From Octopus sinensis (lineage: Eukaryota), in the NCBI RefSeq assembly GCF_006345805.1, contig NC_043010.1:22506001-22570000 (forward strand): 64,000 bases of DNA. The letters run 5' to 3'. The position numbers were made by a program, and so were the translations under genes. Shown one piece after another: positions 51,921 through 64,000 of the stretch (position 1 is its first letter; each line of letters begins with the position of its first letter). The notes under the pieces are model-generated. The model did not search any database. It worked only from the letters and a program-made list of their open reading frames with translations, and was not told the DNA's origin.

Positions 51921-52165
51921 GAGCCCTTTTAAAGCCTAGCCAGGCTCATGGCCCCGGATTCCCGGTTTCATTGGCGTATGTGTTCCCCAGCTGGATGGGA
52001 CGCCAGTCCATCGCAACGTTACTCATTTTGCCAGCTGAGTGGACTGGAGCAACGTCAAATGAAGTGTTTTGCTCAATAACACAACGCGTCGCCCGGTACA
52101 GGAATTGAAACCACAATCTTACGATCATGATGCTGACACCCTAACCATTAAGCCATGCGCCTCCA
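51921..52165 (-). mobile_element. SINE family D with V-domain-like segment
   Basis: tRNA-like head, TGTGTTATTGAGCAAAACACTT, GCGATGGACTGGCGTCCCATCCAG (V-SINE-like as recalled); the 3' part matches 63850-63955. Confidence 0.8.
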
Positions 52166-52167
52166 CA

Positions 52168-52226
<59 letters not shown>

Positions 52227-52227
52227 C

Positions 52228-52693
52228 TTCAAGGAATACCAAATAAGCCACCCATACCTGGATACAACTCACTCGACAAGAACTCCCTACTTCAATAGAC
52301 CATGATACCACAAAATTTGACTTAAAAAAAGGATTTAGATAATCTTATCAGGTGGGCTTTTAAGTTAGACATGGCCTGGACCAATCTACAATTATTTATG
52401 ATTGTGGAATCCTACGCTGAAGAGATGAAAATAGTCGGGTAAGGTATGATTATTTATTATTTATGCTTTATACTGGCTTAATTCCGAAACGCGCGTCCGT
52501 AGGTAACCTATTATAGAATGACTTTCGTCATTTTTTCCCCTTTTGCCAACGTGGTTTGTTTTCAAGTGCTTTGGTTTTTCTGGGAACTCCCTTTAAAATA
52601 GAAGGAATAGCTAAGATTTTGACTGATATTTTGGTGATAACTTCGGTGTGTGGTGAGGCTAATCGTTGCTGAACCTTAATTATATAGTAAGTT

Positions 52694-52696
<3 letters not shown>
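52228..52696 (+). mobile_element. PLE 3' fragment/pLTR between two (TA)n tracts
   Basis: Contains HHR5; (TA)n on both sides. Confidence 0.55.
52411..52503 (+). ncRNA. Type I hammerhead with long stem II (HHR5)
   Basis: CCTACG-CTGAAGA-G...C-GAA-ACGCGCGT-C|CGTAGG: perfect 6-bp stem I, palindromic 8-nt stem III, GUC triplet; G.U-rich stem II (AGTCGG/CTGGCT, TAAGGTAT/ATGCTTTA) with an imperfect base. Confidence 0.7.
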
Positions 52697-52746
<50 letters not shown>

Positions 52747-53964
52747 TTAAACACCAGGGCCAGGATGTGATTAGGAATAGACGAACTTTGGCTTAGCTAA
52801 AATATGTTTGTGACACATCTTAAATTCTAAAAGCAATTTCACTGCGGTCACTGTGGAGAAAAAGAAAATTCTCTCTTACAGTCATGTGCGGAATGCCTTT
52901 GATCATTGGTCAACTCGATCAGGATTGACCTGGGGTTAAACATCTTTTGCCATAAGAGAGAGTCTTTTCTCCACGTTAACACTGCTGTGAATTTGCTTTT
53001 AGAAGTTGATATGTGTCACAAACATATTTTAACTAACCCAAAGTTCATATCTCTATATATACATACATACTTGTGTATATAAATATATATGTGTATATAT
53101 ATATATATAATATAGATATATATATATATATAATATATATATATATATACACATGTATATATATACACATATATCTATATATCTATATATATATATGTGT
53201 GTGTGTGTGTATGTATGTATGTTTGTGTATTTGTTGCTATAGTGTAAACAGTAAGATAGACGTAGACAGAGGGAGGGAGGGGAATATGTGGGTGTTTGGG
53301 GGTGTGTATGTGTCTCAGTGTGTGAGACTGAGTGTGTGTGCGTGCGTGTGTGTGTGTGTTTGTGTGTGAGTGATTAGTAGATATATTGATATCAAGTTAG
53401 TGTATGACAAGATGAATATTTATATAAAAGGGAGAGACAGTGAGAGAGACAGAGAGAGAGAGACTTCAACTTACAGTTACACATTAACAATATATATCGT
53501 TCTCTTTCTCCTTTTCCTATCTTCACCTACTTTTACCAGCATCCCTCCACATAAATTAATGCGGGGGTATTCATCTTACTCATTCACACATACCGTATAC
53601 CTGCATAATTTATTCTAAGCTGAAATAAACCCCGTCAGTTTTGACAGGTACTACTCTTGCTTATAAATAAATAATACAGGTGACAGATATAATAGAGTCC
53701 TGTCAGACTACGTAAATGTTTAGTTTTCTGTCTGTATAGTACAAAATTTTGATCCAACTGAAGTCGATTCCGGTTCCTTTGCATCTGTCCTTCCTGTTTT
53801 CCTTTCTTCCACAATCGATAAAATTGAACGGAGTCGAGATTATAGTCTGCGCTTCTTTCTTGGAAGAGTGTAACCCTATGAAGAACAAAAAAGTAAAAAT
53901 GATAATAATAAATAAATACATAAATAAATACATAAATAAATTATCTTTATAAATAATGGAATAA

Positions 53965-54135
53965 GGAATTCTAAAACCTGGCTGGATGGATTCTGATAAT
54001 ACAGGAGACAAGAGGTCATGCTTGTTTTGAGGAATGTAATTATGATCAGTCGCCTGGATTATTGTCTCCAGCTATGATCCACCCGTAGTACTAAGCTCCT
54101 AACTAAATTGGAATAAATCCAAAAGGCTTCCATAA
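53965..54135 (+). mobile_element. CR1/L2-group LINE RT fragment
   Basis: EVMLVLRNVIMISRLDYCLQL*S..LE*IQK matches the SRLDYCSQLWSP-type thumb region. Confidence 0.6.
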
Positions 54136-54789
54136 ATAAATAAATAAATAAGGGAGTGTTTCCATGCACCTGCTGAACTTAGACAACAAACAGAACAATA
54201 AGCTAATCACCGCCAGAAAGCATTTAATCCAATCCTTTACCGATTCCGTCACTCCATTCGCCTTAATAAGTCATGGAATATTTAGCGAGTGAGTGACGCG
54301 AGACTCATAAAAGACAGATCTAAGAGAATCTCGAGCTACTTTCAATAAATATTTTGTATAAAATGAATATAAAAGGGGTAATAATATTTTTATTACTCTT
54401 TGTTTATTAACCATGGTTGAAAGTGGTCAAGTTGACCCTTGGGTAATGTATCCAAAGCCTATCTGGTCAAGGGAACCATTACAGTTTGTAATATATTGGA
54501 TTTTCTGTTCAACTGGTGACGAAAATTCTTCAATTTTATGAGGAAGAGGAATTGAGTTTTTGCATAAATAACAGGATTTGAGCTGCTTTCACACCAGACA
54601 GGCGTAAGTTTTGTGGGGGTTAAGATTTAGGTTTTACAAATATGCGGCTTTAGGTTCAATCCCATTGTGGGTATCCTTGGAATATTTTGCAGTTAGATTT
54701 CTTGAACACAGTCTTGTGTGCATGTATGAATATATGGATGTAGAAAACAACTAATCTGGACTCATAGGACACATGAAAGTTCACAATTC

Positions 54790-55496
54790 AGAAAGTACAG
54801 ATTCCAGAAAGTACACACTCTAGAAAGTATAGATTCCAAAAAGTACATAATCTAGAAAGTACAGATTCCAGAAAGTACACAATCTAGAAAGTACAGATTC
54901 CAGAAAGTACATAATCTAGATAGTACATATTCCAGAAAGTACATAATCTAGAAAGTACAGATTCCAGAAAGTACATAATCTAGAAAGTACAGCTTCCAGA
55001 AAGTACACAATCTAGAAAGTACAGATTCCAGAAAGTACATAATCTAGAAAGTATAGATTCCAAAAAGTACATAATCTAGAAAGTACAGATTCCAGAAAGT
55101 ACACAATCTAGAAAGTACAGATTCCAGAAAGTACATAATCTAGAAAGTACAGATTCCAGAAAGTACATAATCTAGAAACTACAGATTCCAGAAAGTACAT
55201 AATCTAGAAAGTACAAATTCCAGAAAGTACATAATCTAGAAAGTACAGATTCTAGAAAGTACATAATCTAGAAAGTACAGATTCCAGAAAGTACACAATC
55301 TAGAAAGTACAGATTCCAGAAAGTACATAATCTAGAAAGTACAGATTCCAGAAAGTACATAATCTACAAAGTACAGATTCCAGAAAGTACACAATCTAGA
55401 AAGTACAGATTCCAGAAAGTACACAATCTAAAAAGTACAGATTCCAGAAAGTACATAATCTACAAAGTACACAATTTCGAAAGTACACAATCCAGA
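54790..55496. repeat. Minisatellite, 32-bp unit made of two 16-bp monomers (~22 units)
   Basis: AGAAAGTACAGATTCC alternates with AGAAAGTACA(T/C)AATCT. Confidence 0.95.
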
Positions 55497-55604
55497 AAGA
55501 GGATCTTCTTCCCTTTCCAAAATATGGAAAGGAATGCTGCATGGGCGACATTAAATGCAAGACGCTTGCGTTTTTGAAAGCCATTGTACTTTTTATCATA
55601 TATT

Positions 55605-55945
55605 TTTCTTATTTCAGTCATTAGACTGAGGCCATGCTGGGGCACCATCTTGAGTAATCTTAGTCGAATGAATTAACTCGTCTTTTTTAGGCCTATCGTC
55701 TCTTTTGTTGAACCGTTAAGTTACAGGGACATAAGCAGTGTCAAGCGGAGGTAGGAGATACACATACACACACACTCATGCATACATCCGACAGGCTTTT
55801 TTCAGTTTACGCCTCCAAATCCACTCACGAGGCTTGGTCGGCATGGGGCTATAGTGGAAGTCACTTGCTCAAGTTGCCACGAACTAGGATTGAACCCGGT
55901 ACCATGCAGTTAGGTAGCAAGATCTTTACCACCCAGCCACGCCTA
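55605..55945 (-). mobile_element. SINE family B
   Basis: Reverse complement of tail and head. Confidence 0.8.
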
Positions 55946-56544
55946 CACTTGTGATTACTTTAAAAAATAAAAATGTAGAGAATTTGTTAGAGAGGGTCAT
56001 AATTCTTCAACGTGTATCATGTAGAAAACAAAGCATGAAAGATTCTTTATAAGATATTCCGTTAATTCTACTTACGTACATTTCATTAACATAAGATGTG
56101 TATTAATTATGTATGTATGTGTGTATGTATGTATGTATGTATGTATGTATGTATGTATGTATGTATGTATGTATGTATGTATGTATGCATGTATGTATGT
56201 ATGTGTTACATAAACCATAACCTCTCAATAAAAAGGAGTTAGTTTTCCGAATCCGGTAACATCCGATTCAATCAGGGCAGAGTTCTACGTCTCTCAAGAT
56301 TACAGTATGTTTGAAAATGAGGAAATTATGAAACCGGTTAAGTTAATGCAAATAAAGCTACGATTTCGAGTTAAGGACTTTTGTTGTAAGTATACTCTCT
56401 AAAGCTACGATTAATCATTTAGATCCTTGTAAGATAAGATACAAGTTTATTAGCAGCAAGTCATCTCGGAGATTTATGCAATATCCCCGTGCCATTAGTA
56501 AATTCAATAAGAGCAAGCTATACAAACAGGAATAATATTTTATA

Positions 56545-56700
56545 GACTCTGTGGTTAAAAGGTTTGCTTCACAAACATGTGGTTTTGGGTTCAGTCCTAC
56601 ACTGAAGAACGATAGGCAAGTGTCATCTACCATAACCCCGTGCAGATTAATGTCTTATGAACGAATTTGGTAGACGTGAACTGTGTGAAAGCTCATCGTA
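56545..56700 (+). mobile_element. SINE family B, degenerate 5' part
   Basis: GGTTCAGTCCTACAC..GGCAAGTGTCATCTAC. Confidence 0.65.
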
Positions 56701-56705
56701 TACAC

Positions 56706-56738
<33 letters not shown>

Positions 56739-56783
56739 TACACACACACACATGCGCACACCCACACACACATGTATGTATGT

Positions 56784-58003
56784 CATTATTCAGTTTATTT
56801 CAAGATTTCTTGCCAATAGAGAAAGAACCCTTTTCTAGCCTAGATCCAAGACTCCTTCATTGGGATTTCAACATCATCAACTGGGCATTTTTGTTTGTAT
56901 GTATGTATGTATGTATGTATGTATGTATGTATGTATGTATGTATGTGCAGATTTGTATGTTGTTTTATGTATGTCTTCTCATGCATATAGTTCCATATCC
57001 AGAAATGTTCATATATATTTAAATGACAAACTTCTGGAATGCTTTACAGGTTTTTACAGTTCCAGTGTTGGATTGGATCTGTAGTCTTCAAATTAACTTT
57101 CTCCTTTCTGGCTTTGTAAAGCCTAATTTCTCAGGATTGGTATTTAGGCTGTGTGTTACATATCCCAGGGTCCCAATAATTACAGGTATAAACCTGAACT
57201 TGTAATCTGGATAGAGTAACTGCAGATTTCTCAATAGTTCAGCATAGGTATTCTCTTTCTCTGATCTTCAGCTTTATGTTAACATCCGCTGGGCAGCTAA
57301 TTTCCACAACTGTTCCCAGTTTCTCTTCTCTTTGCCAAACCATTATATCAGGTCTGTTGTGCTTACATTTTATTGAGCTCTTCACTGGTACATTACATCA
57401 GTATTCCTTTTTATTACAAGTGGCTATGGCTTCTACCATATTGTGGGTTCTTATTTCTTTGTCTTCGGGATTATCCTTCCGACGGATTTCATCATAGAGT
57501 GTCCTAACTACAATATCATGTCACATCGGTGGATAATGCCGTGATTACATTTTTGGACAACTGCTTATGATGTGGGTGATATCTTCAGCGTGAAGTCCAC
57601 AAAGTCTGCATGGATTGTCACACTTTACGGCTTTATCTAGATCTCTATCCCTTTTGTGCATCAGGTACTTTGGTCGATATTTCCTGTTCCTCGATTGCAA
57701 ACGCATTCTTCAAAATAGGAGTTAATAATCTGGCTATTGGTCCATGATAAACTGCTTTGATGATCGATGTTACTATCGTCACGGACTTTTCTACTAACAT
57801 ATCCATGCATAGTCTTCTGCTCATAATAGGTTCGTCCTTTCATCTGATGATACAATGCAGTAGAGTTGTGCGACTTCTTTGGGCATGTATTTTAGGTTAT
57901 CAGACAAAGAATGTTGCTAAAGGAGCTACCTTCCAAGTCTTATCACGTTTTCAGCCTCGTGTATGCAAACTTGCTCAAGGGATGCACTTCGATACTTGCT
58001 GGT
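56784..58003 (-). mobile_element. R4/Dong-like REL LINE (family Dong-B), 5'-truncated, in (CATA)n
   Basis: Minus strand reads MHGYV..IDHQSSLSW, AIEEQEISTKYL, CRLCGLHAEDITHIISSC, HDIVV, HNRPDIMVW, VVEISCP, KENTYAEL, IPVIIGTLG; both junctions lie in (TATG)n. Confidence 0.85.
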
Positions 58004-58020
58004 TATGTATGTATGTATGT

Positions 58021-58131
58021 CATTATTCAGTTTTATTTCACGATTTCTTGCTAAGAGAGAAAGAGCCGGTTTCTAATCTCGACCCAAGGCTCTTTCAGTG
58101 GAATTTCAACATCAACAAGGTATTTTTGCTT
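58021..58131 (-). mobile_element. Short 3'-terminal copy of Dong-B between (TATG)n tracts
   Basis: Homologous to 56784-56897. Confidence 0.8.
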
Positions 58132-58394
58132 GTATGTATGTGTGTGTATGTATGTATGTGTGTGCGTGTGTATGTATGTATGTATGTATGTTTGTATGTA
58201 TGTATGTATGTATGTTTATATGTATGTAACTACACACGTGTTGTTAGTGATTTATTTTCCCTTCTTTGCACTTTTCTTTTTCTCATTTTCGAAGAGCTGT
58301 GCTCAAAACGTCGAAAACTCTCTCTTCTTACTGAGCGTCAAACTAATACATTCTTTGTGTGAGTCCTTTTGTTGTCTGTTATAGTTGATTATAA

Positions 58395-58582
58395 GGCAAG
58401 CTGGCAGAAACGTTAGCACGCCGGGCGAAATGCTCAGTGGTATTTCGTCTGTCTTTATGTTCTGAGTTCAAATTCATCCTTTCGGAGTTAATAAATTAAG
58501 TACCAGTTGCATATTGGGGTCGATCTAATCGACTGGCCCCCTCCCCAAAGATTTCGTGCCTTGTGCCTAGATTAGAAAATAA
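58395..58582 (+). mobile_element. SINE family A
   Basis: GCTGGCAGAAACGTTAGCACGCCGGGCGAAATGC head. Confidence 0.9.
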
Positions 58583-59640
58583 TTTATATAGATATAATGG
58601 TATATATGGTGGTGGTGGTGGTGGAGGTGAATGTGGTGTAATTTGCCATTTAATTAAAGTGACCCCCCCCCCAGTACTTAATTCATTCTTATTTTATCAA
58701 CCTCGAAAGGATGAAACAAAAGACAAAGTTAGAAACTAGAGGGCAACTGAACTTGTATTTAATTACGTAACGTAAGTGGAGAGCTAAATCCAGAATTGTA
58801 TTTCGTCCGTCGCTCTACCGACTCTGCTATCGACAGTTTTTACAATCAGGATTTCTAATTTAGATGCACGACGACAAATGTTGGCGAGGAAGCAGCGGAA
58901 AATATCAACCACAGTACATGACTGGTACTTCATCTTATCAATTTCCGCGAGGCTGCAACGCGAAGTATTTGAACTCAGGGCGCCAGTTAACCTTTTAATT
59001 TATTGTTTTTAACAGAGATAAGATTTACTCATGCGGTAGAGATCTTTGTCGGCTAATAACCAGGATATACTACTCTGGTCCAAGCTCAACGGAAAGTTAT
59101 ACAATTCCTGTTCCCTGTAGAGATTGCAGCCTATTCTCGATGGTCAGGCGAACTTAATGATAACCTGACGTCGTCAAATCAGTTAACCATCGAGTGGTAA
59201 CTGTTACTGCTGAAATTCCACACTACAGAATGGTGACAATTCGACTGACGCCAACAACTTGTTTCCACAACCACGTTTGGTACCGAATATAAAGATCTAA
59301 TGTCGCTGATATATGTCTCATCACTTTGCTTATGACGGCCCATCAAAGGTGATGACATCATCGGTCCAAGACATCCATCCCCTTCCGCCACAGACACATT
59401 GTTACTGCAACTGGAGCCGAACAACAGCCACAGGAGTATGATCGCATCGTCTCCTCCACTCTTCATGCAATCTCCTACGTTCGGTTTCAAAGTGCTCTAC
59501 TCCAGCATCAAACAAGGGCTTCCATGCCTCTCGACTAACAACCAGGGGCTACAACTGATTGGGAAGGACACCGCTTAAAATAAAAACCGCTTGAGATTAT
59601 CATGAAAACGATGTTTAGACATCCGTGAGGCCTAATTCTA

Positions 59641-60204
59641 TGAGGGTGAGTCAAAAAGTAATGCCATTTTGTGTATGACAGGTATAATTACTAACAAAGG
59701 AACATGTATCATACATCAAAATAAAGTTGGTTCTCTGTGGATCACATCCCTACTTCTCAACATAGCCACCATTTCTCTCAATAACAATGTTGCACCTTCG
59801 AATGAGAGAATGTATCCCTGCTCCGTAAAATTTTGTTGACTGTTCTTTGAGGCACTTCTTCACTACAGTTTTCACTTCCTCGTCACTGGAATAATTTAGC
59901 GCCTTCAAACTATCATCTCTTCGGCCCCATGAAAGAGGGTTTGCGAAGCAAACATTATTCCAGTGACGAGGAAGTGAAAACTGTAGTGAAGAAGAGGCCC
60001 AAAGAACAGTCAACAGAATTTTACGAGGCAGAGATACATGCTCTCATTCGTGGAGCATTGCTATTGACAGAAACGGTGACTATGTTGAGGAGTAGTGATG
60101 TGATCCACAGAGGACCAGCTTCATTTTGGTGTATGATACATGTTCCTGTGTTGGTAATTGTACCTGTCCCAAACAAAATGGCATTACTTTTTGACTCACC
60201 TTCG
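59641..60204. mobile_element. Fold-back mariner derivative with complete TIRs and TA target duplication
   Basis: TA-TGAGGGTGAGTCAAAAAGTAATGCCATTTTG ... CAAAATGGCATTACTTTTTGACTCACCTTCG-TA; both arms encode the transposase C-terminus YSSDEEVKTVVKK..EQST.FY. Confidence 0.9.
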
Positions 60205-60866
60205 TATCTTTGGCAGTCAGTTACCCGACATCCGAATCGCATAGCCAACCCAGCGGAGAAGACGAGGAACGATGCAGGTCTCAGCACTGTACATCCCAGA
60301 CCTCAGGAGGATTTCGGTATGAAGGACATTGTCCTGCTACGTGAGACCGAGGACACTTTTGAGTAATCTGATAAGGAACGTTTCGAGTTATGGAACAGAT
60401 TAAGATATGGCACAGATTAAGGATCCAGCACTCAGAACCGTACTGGACCCTTAACGTCGACAAGAATACCGACAAAGCAATCGATGCCAGCTTCCTGCAT
60501 GTTCCACCATGCGAACCTAACAATAAAGTGTTTGATGTCGCTATAATAGCAAAAACAATCACGTGAAATAAACAGACAACTCAAATCCTAAATACCCATG
60601 AACCTTTAGAAATTCCTTTAACACTTTTGAAGCACTCTCTCTTTCTCTCTCTCTTTCTCTCTCTCTCGCTTCTCCCTTCTCTCTGTGCATCTAATGGTTA
60701 GATCTCCCCTACGCCATCGAAACTTGAAGTAAATTGGAGTTTTGACAAATGGTTATTAAATATCTGTGACTCCAACCAAATATTCAGAGTGTTTCTTGCT
60801 TTCGTTTGTTCATTTATATACTCGCGCGCGTGTATGTATGTATATGTATGTATATGTGTATATATA

Positions 60867-60916
<50 letters not shown>

Positions 60917-61242
60917 ATATGCATATGTAAATATGTATATTTTTACACACATACGTTCACATGTATTTATGTTTGTGCTTAGATAAGTGTACGTGTGTTT
61001 TTGTGTTTGTGTGTGTGTGAGTGTATATATGATTGTATGTATGCATGTAGGTCTCATGCTTGCATGTATGTATGTATGTATGCATATGTGAATGTGTGTA
61101 TGTACGCGTGTATGTCGCTATATGTATATGCACGTGTGTATGATTTTTGGGTATGTACGTATGTATATCTCTATGTATGAATGCTTGAATGTATGCGTGC
61201 GTGTGTATGCGTGCGTACTTGTGTAGTATATATGTATTAAGC

Positions 61243-61279
<37 letters not shown>

Positions 61280-61914
61280 TGTATGTGAGTTCCAGTTGTT
61301 AGCCAGTTGTTTGATGTTTAAATAAGTATTAAGAACGTCTGCAGAGATCAGACATGTTTCAGTTCTGAACTTTATTTAAAATTACCTCCAACAAAGTAAA
61401 TGATTTAATGTCAATAGTCACTTTGAGACGCTTGGCATAGAAGCCGTGGCGGAGACGAAGGCGGCGGCGGCGGCAGTGATATTAATGTTAGTGGTGGCGG
61501 TGCTGGTAGGAGTGGTTGTGTTGTTGTTGCGGTTCTTGGTGGTGGTGGTGGTGGTGTGACTGGTTGTGTGCTTATTTCGTTTCGTGGCGGCAGCAGTGGT
61601 GATGGTGATGATAATGGCGATGGTGTCAGTGGTAGTATATTGATTGCGGTGATGCCATCGAGTGTGGTAAGAGTGGCTGTGATGGAAAGTGGAAGTATGG
61701 GCGTTGGTGGTCGTAGTGGTATAGTCGGTGAGATTAGTGGTGGTGGCGGTGGTGGTGGTGGTATTGATGGCGATGCTGGTCGCTGTAGTTACATCGGTGG
61801 AGGCGATGTTAATGATGAGGGTTGTGATGATGATGTCAGTTACGGTGGAAACTAGTGTTTAAGAAGATACTGAGGAGGACTATATCAAAGGTAGACGACA
61901 TAGATAATGAATAT

Positions 61915-62320
61915 GAACACAGGCCAACCACTTGGTTCCAGGTTCAGTCCCACTGCGTGGCACCTTGGGCAAGTGTCTTCTACTATAGCCTCGGACCGAT
62001 GAAAGCTTTCTGGGTTAATTTAGTAGACACAAACTTAAAGATTCCTTTCATATATATGTGTGTGTGTGTGTATGGGGGTGTGTGTGTTTGTATGAGCATG
62101 CGTATATGTGTGCGCGTTTGAGTGTATTTGTGATTGTCCCTTAGAACCGCTTCACAACCGGTTTTGGCTTGATTACCACCGTATGATTTAGCGGTCGGCA
62201 AAACTGACCAATAAAATAAATACCAGGTTTAAAAGTAAGTACGGGGTTCGATTTATTCGACTGAAACCTTTCATGTGGTACCCCAGCATGGCCGCAGTCT
62301 AATGACTTAAACCAGTAAAA
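61915..62320 (+). mobile_element. SINE family B
   Basis: GGTTCAGTCCCACTGCGTGGCACCTTGGGCAAGTGTCTT through CCAGCATGGCCGCAGTCTAATGAC. Confidence 0.85.
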
Positions 62321-62369
62321 GGTAATAAGTACATGTATGCAGATGAAATTGGTTTTGAATTTGTTATAT

Positions 62370-62780
62370 ACCCTCTTTTACTCTTTTACTCTTTTACTTG
62401 TTTCAGTCATTTGACTTCGGCCATGCTGGAGCACTGCCTTTAGTCGAGCAAATCAACTCCAGGACTTATTATTTTAAAGCCTAGTACTTAATCTATCGGT
62501 CTCTTTTGCAGAACCGCTAAGTTACGGGGACGAAAAACACCAGCATCGGTTGTCAAGCGACGTTGGGGGGGGGGGGCAAACACAGACGCATTTACACACA
62601 TGCACACATGTATATACATATACATATATACGACGGGCTTCTTTCAGTTTCTGTTTACCAAATCCACTCACAAGGCTTTGGTCGGCCCGAGGCTATAGTA
62701 GAAGACACTTGCCCAAGGTGCCACGCAGTGGGACTGAACCATGTGGTTGGTAAGCAAGCTATTTACCACACGCCACTCCT
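62370..62780 (-). mobile_element. SINE family B, full length
   Basis: Reverse complement from tail TACTCTTTTACTTGTTTCAGTC to head. Confidence 0.9.
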
Positions 62781-63319
62781 GTACACACACATCCAATAGA
62801 AATTTATGAACTGAAATGACATGCGCAGACGTTGTGGAAGTGATATCACAATCGGTGAATGTAGGATGCTAATTGACTCATCAGAAGGTGTCTTCCAACA
62901 TGCACTGATTGGGCTGAATGCTGTTCGACGGGATTGTGAATTAGTTTTGCCGAGTCATTGGTCTCTCCCCCAAAAAGTCTTCTGACTTGCATGTCTGTGG
63001 AATTTCACTGAGATATGTTGATATGCTTAAGCATCGCAGGGTCGTATTCGCGAGTTAGGGGAAACCTTTCAGCCTTCCATCCTCCCAGTTTTCCAGCCTT
63101 TTGCTCAAAACAATTCCGTTATCTTTTATTTTTTTTATTTTTTGTTTTTTGCTATGATCAGTGATCCTGAATTCGGTGTGTTGTTCTTTTTCAAAACGGC
63201 AGCATATAGAATGAGGAATTTAGCAGTTATTTCTTGGAAGCAAAGAGTCCATTTCAGAGATTTCTTCATTTCGTTACCTCGGTTATAAGGGAACTATGGC
63301 TGTTGTTATTGCTGGGCCC

Positions 63320-63540
63320 CAGGTAAGCTCTAGTGGCTGTGTGTTTAAGAAACTCGTTTTCCAACCACGTCGTTTCTGGTTCAGTCCCACTGTGCCGCAC
63401 ATTCGGCAAGTGGGTTCTGCTCCAGCCCCGGGCCTACCATTTGTGAATTTGGCTTGGTGAAATTATATAATAACTCACACATAAATGTATCGTTGTGTTT
63501 GTGTTCCTTCTATCGCTTCGTAACCGGTGTTCCTTTGTTT
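63320..63540 (+). mobile_element. SINE family B, degenerate
   Basis: GTGGCTGTGTG..GGTTCAGTCCCACTG..GGCAAGTG. Confidence 0.7.
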
Positions 63541-63629
63541 ACACCGTGAAACACCAATAGAGTAAGTACTAGGCTTTTGCAAAAAACAAAAACAAAGCAA
63601 AAGTGCCCAGTTAGATTTGTTCTATAAAC

Positions 63630-63780
63630 CAGTGGTCCTCAACCAGGGTCCATATGACCCATAGGGGACCGTATATGATTTGAGAGTGGGTCGGGAGACC
63701 TTGCTAGCGAAATAGTAACTTGGGGACCCATAGAAGCACATTAACGATCCATGAAAAAATGTTTTTAGCATTCAATGTAT
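63630..63780 (+). mobile_element. hAT (Charlie-type) element end fragment
   Basis: Begins CAGTGGTCCTCAACC, like Charlie/MER5 TIRs; no matching right TIR found. Confidence 0.45.
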
Positions 63781-63849
63781 TTATTGCACGACACAGCTGG
63801 GTTTGTTTCTCTGTCTTATATAGTTCAAACTACACAAGTTAATGTGAGT

Positions 63850-63955
63850 GCGATGGACCTGCGTCCCGTCCAGGTGGGGAACTTATACGCCAATGAAACC
63901 AGGAAACCGGCCCTTATGAGCCAGGCATGGCTCGAGAAGGAACAAACAACAACAC
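63850..63955 (+). mobile_element. SINE family D 3' part
   Basis: CGATGGACCTGCGTCCCGTCCAG..ATACGCCAATGAAACC, with (CAA)-rich tail. Confidence 0.7.
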
Positions 63956-64000
63956 ACAAGTTAATGTGCGATGAACAAAACAGGAATTTTGAAAGATTTT

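Noticed and set aside
54790-55496. CRISPR-like periodic array
   Set aside because: No unique spacers; pure tandem repeat in a eukaryotic context.
59080-59580. Possible decayed GIY-YIG (PCRDC..GQ..RR)
   Set aside because: Needs several frameshifts to align; too weak to call without tBLASTn.

Overview
Eukaryotic, repeat-saturated DNA with no recognisable host gene. The microsatellite density and the SINE families suggest a cephalopod (Octopus-like) genome; this is inference only. Main contents: (1) four head-to-tail Tx1/L1-clade LINE copies on the minus strand (~7.6-20.2 kb), with every resolved junction in a (GATA)n/(GACA)n tract and one near-intact APE-RT-CCHC ORF2 broken by a single 1-bp frameshift. 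(2) Several Penelope-like element (PLE) remnants next to (TA)n, carrying at least five different type I hammerhead-ribozyme folds. Three different hammerheads lie within 700 bp at 6.2-7.0 kb, and one has a G3:C8 swapped catalytic core. (3) Two R4/Dong-like REL-endonuclease LINE families, one in (TAA)n with a twin-priming-type 5' inversion and one in (CATA)n. (4) Mariner, Gypsy, RTE, CR1/L2-group, hAT and Helentron-type remnants, including a fold-back mariner made of two 3' ends. (5) Many tRNA-derived SINE copies, a 16/32-bp higher-order minisatellite, and a degenerate ~32-bp repeat region rich in TCACGTGA. Most ORFs in the supplied track are microsatellite or antisense artefacts. All structures were read by eye; no folding, alignment or database search was run, and SINE boundaries are approximate.
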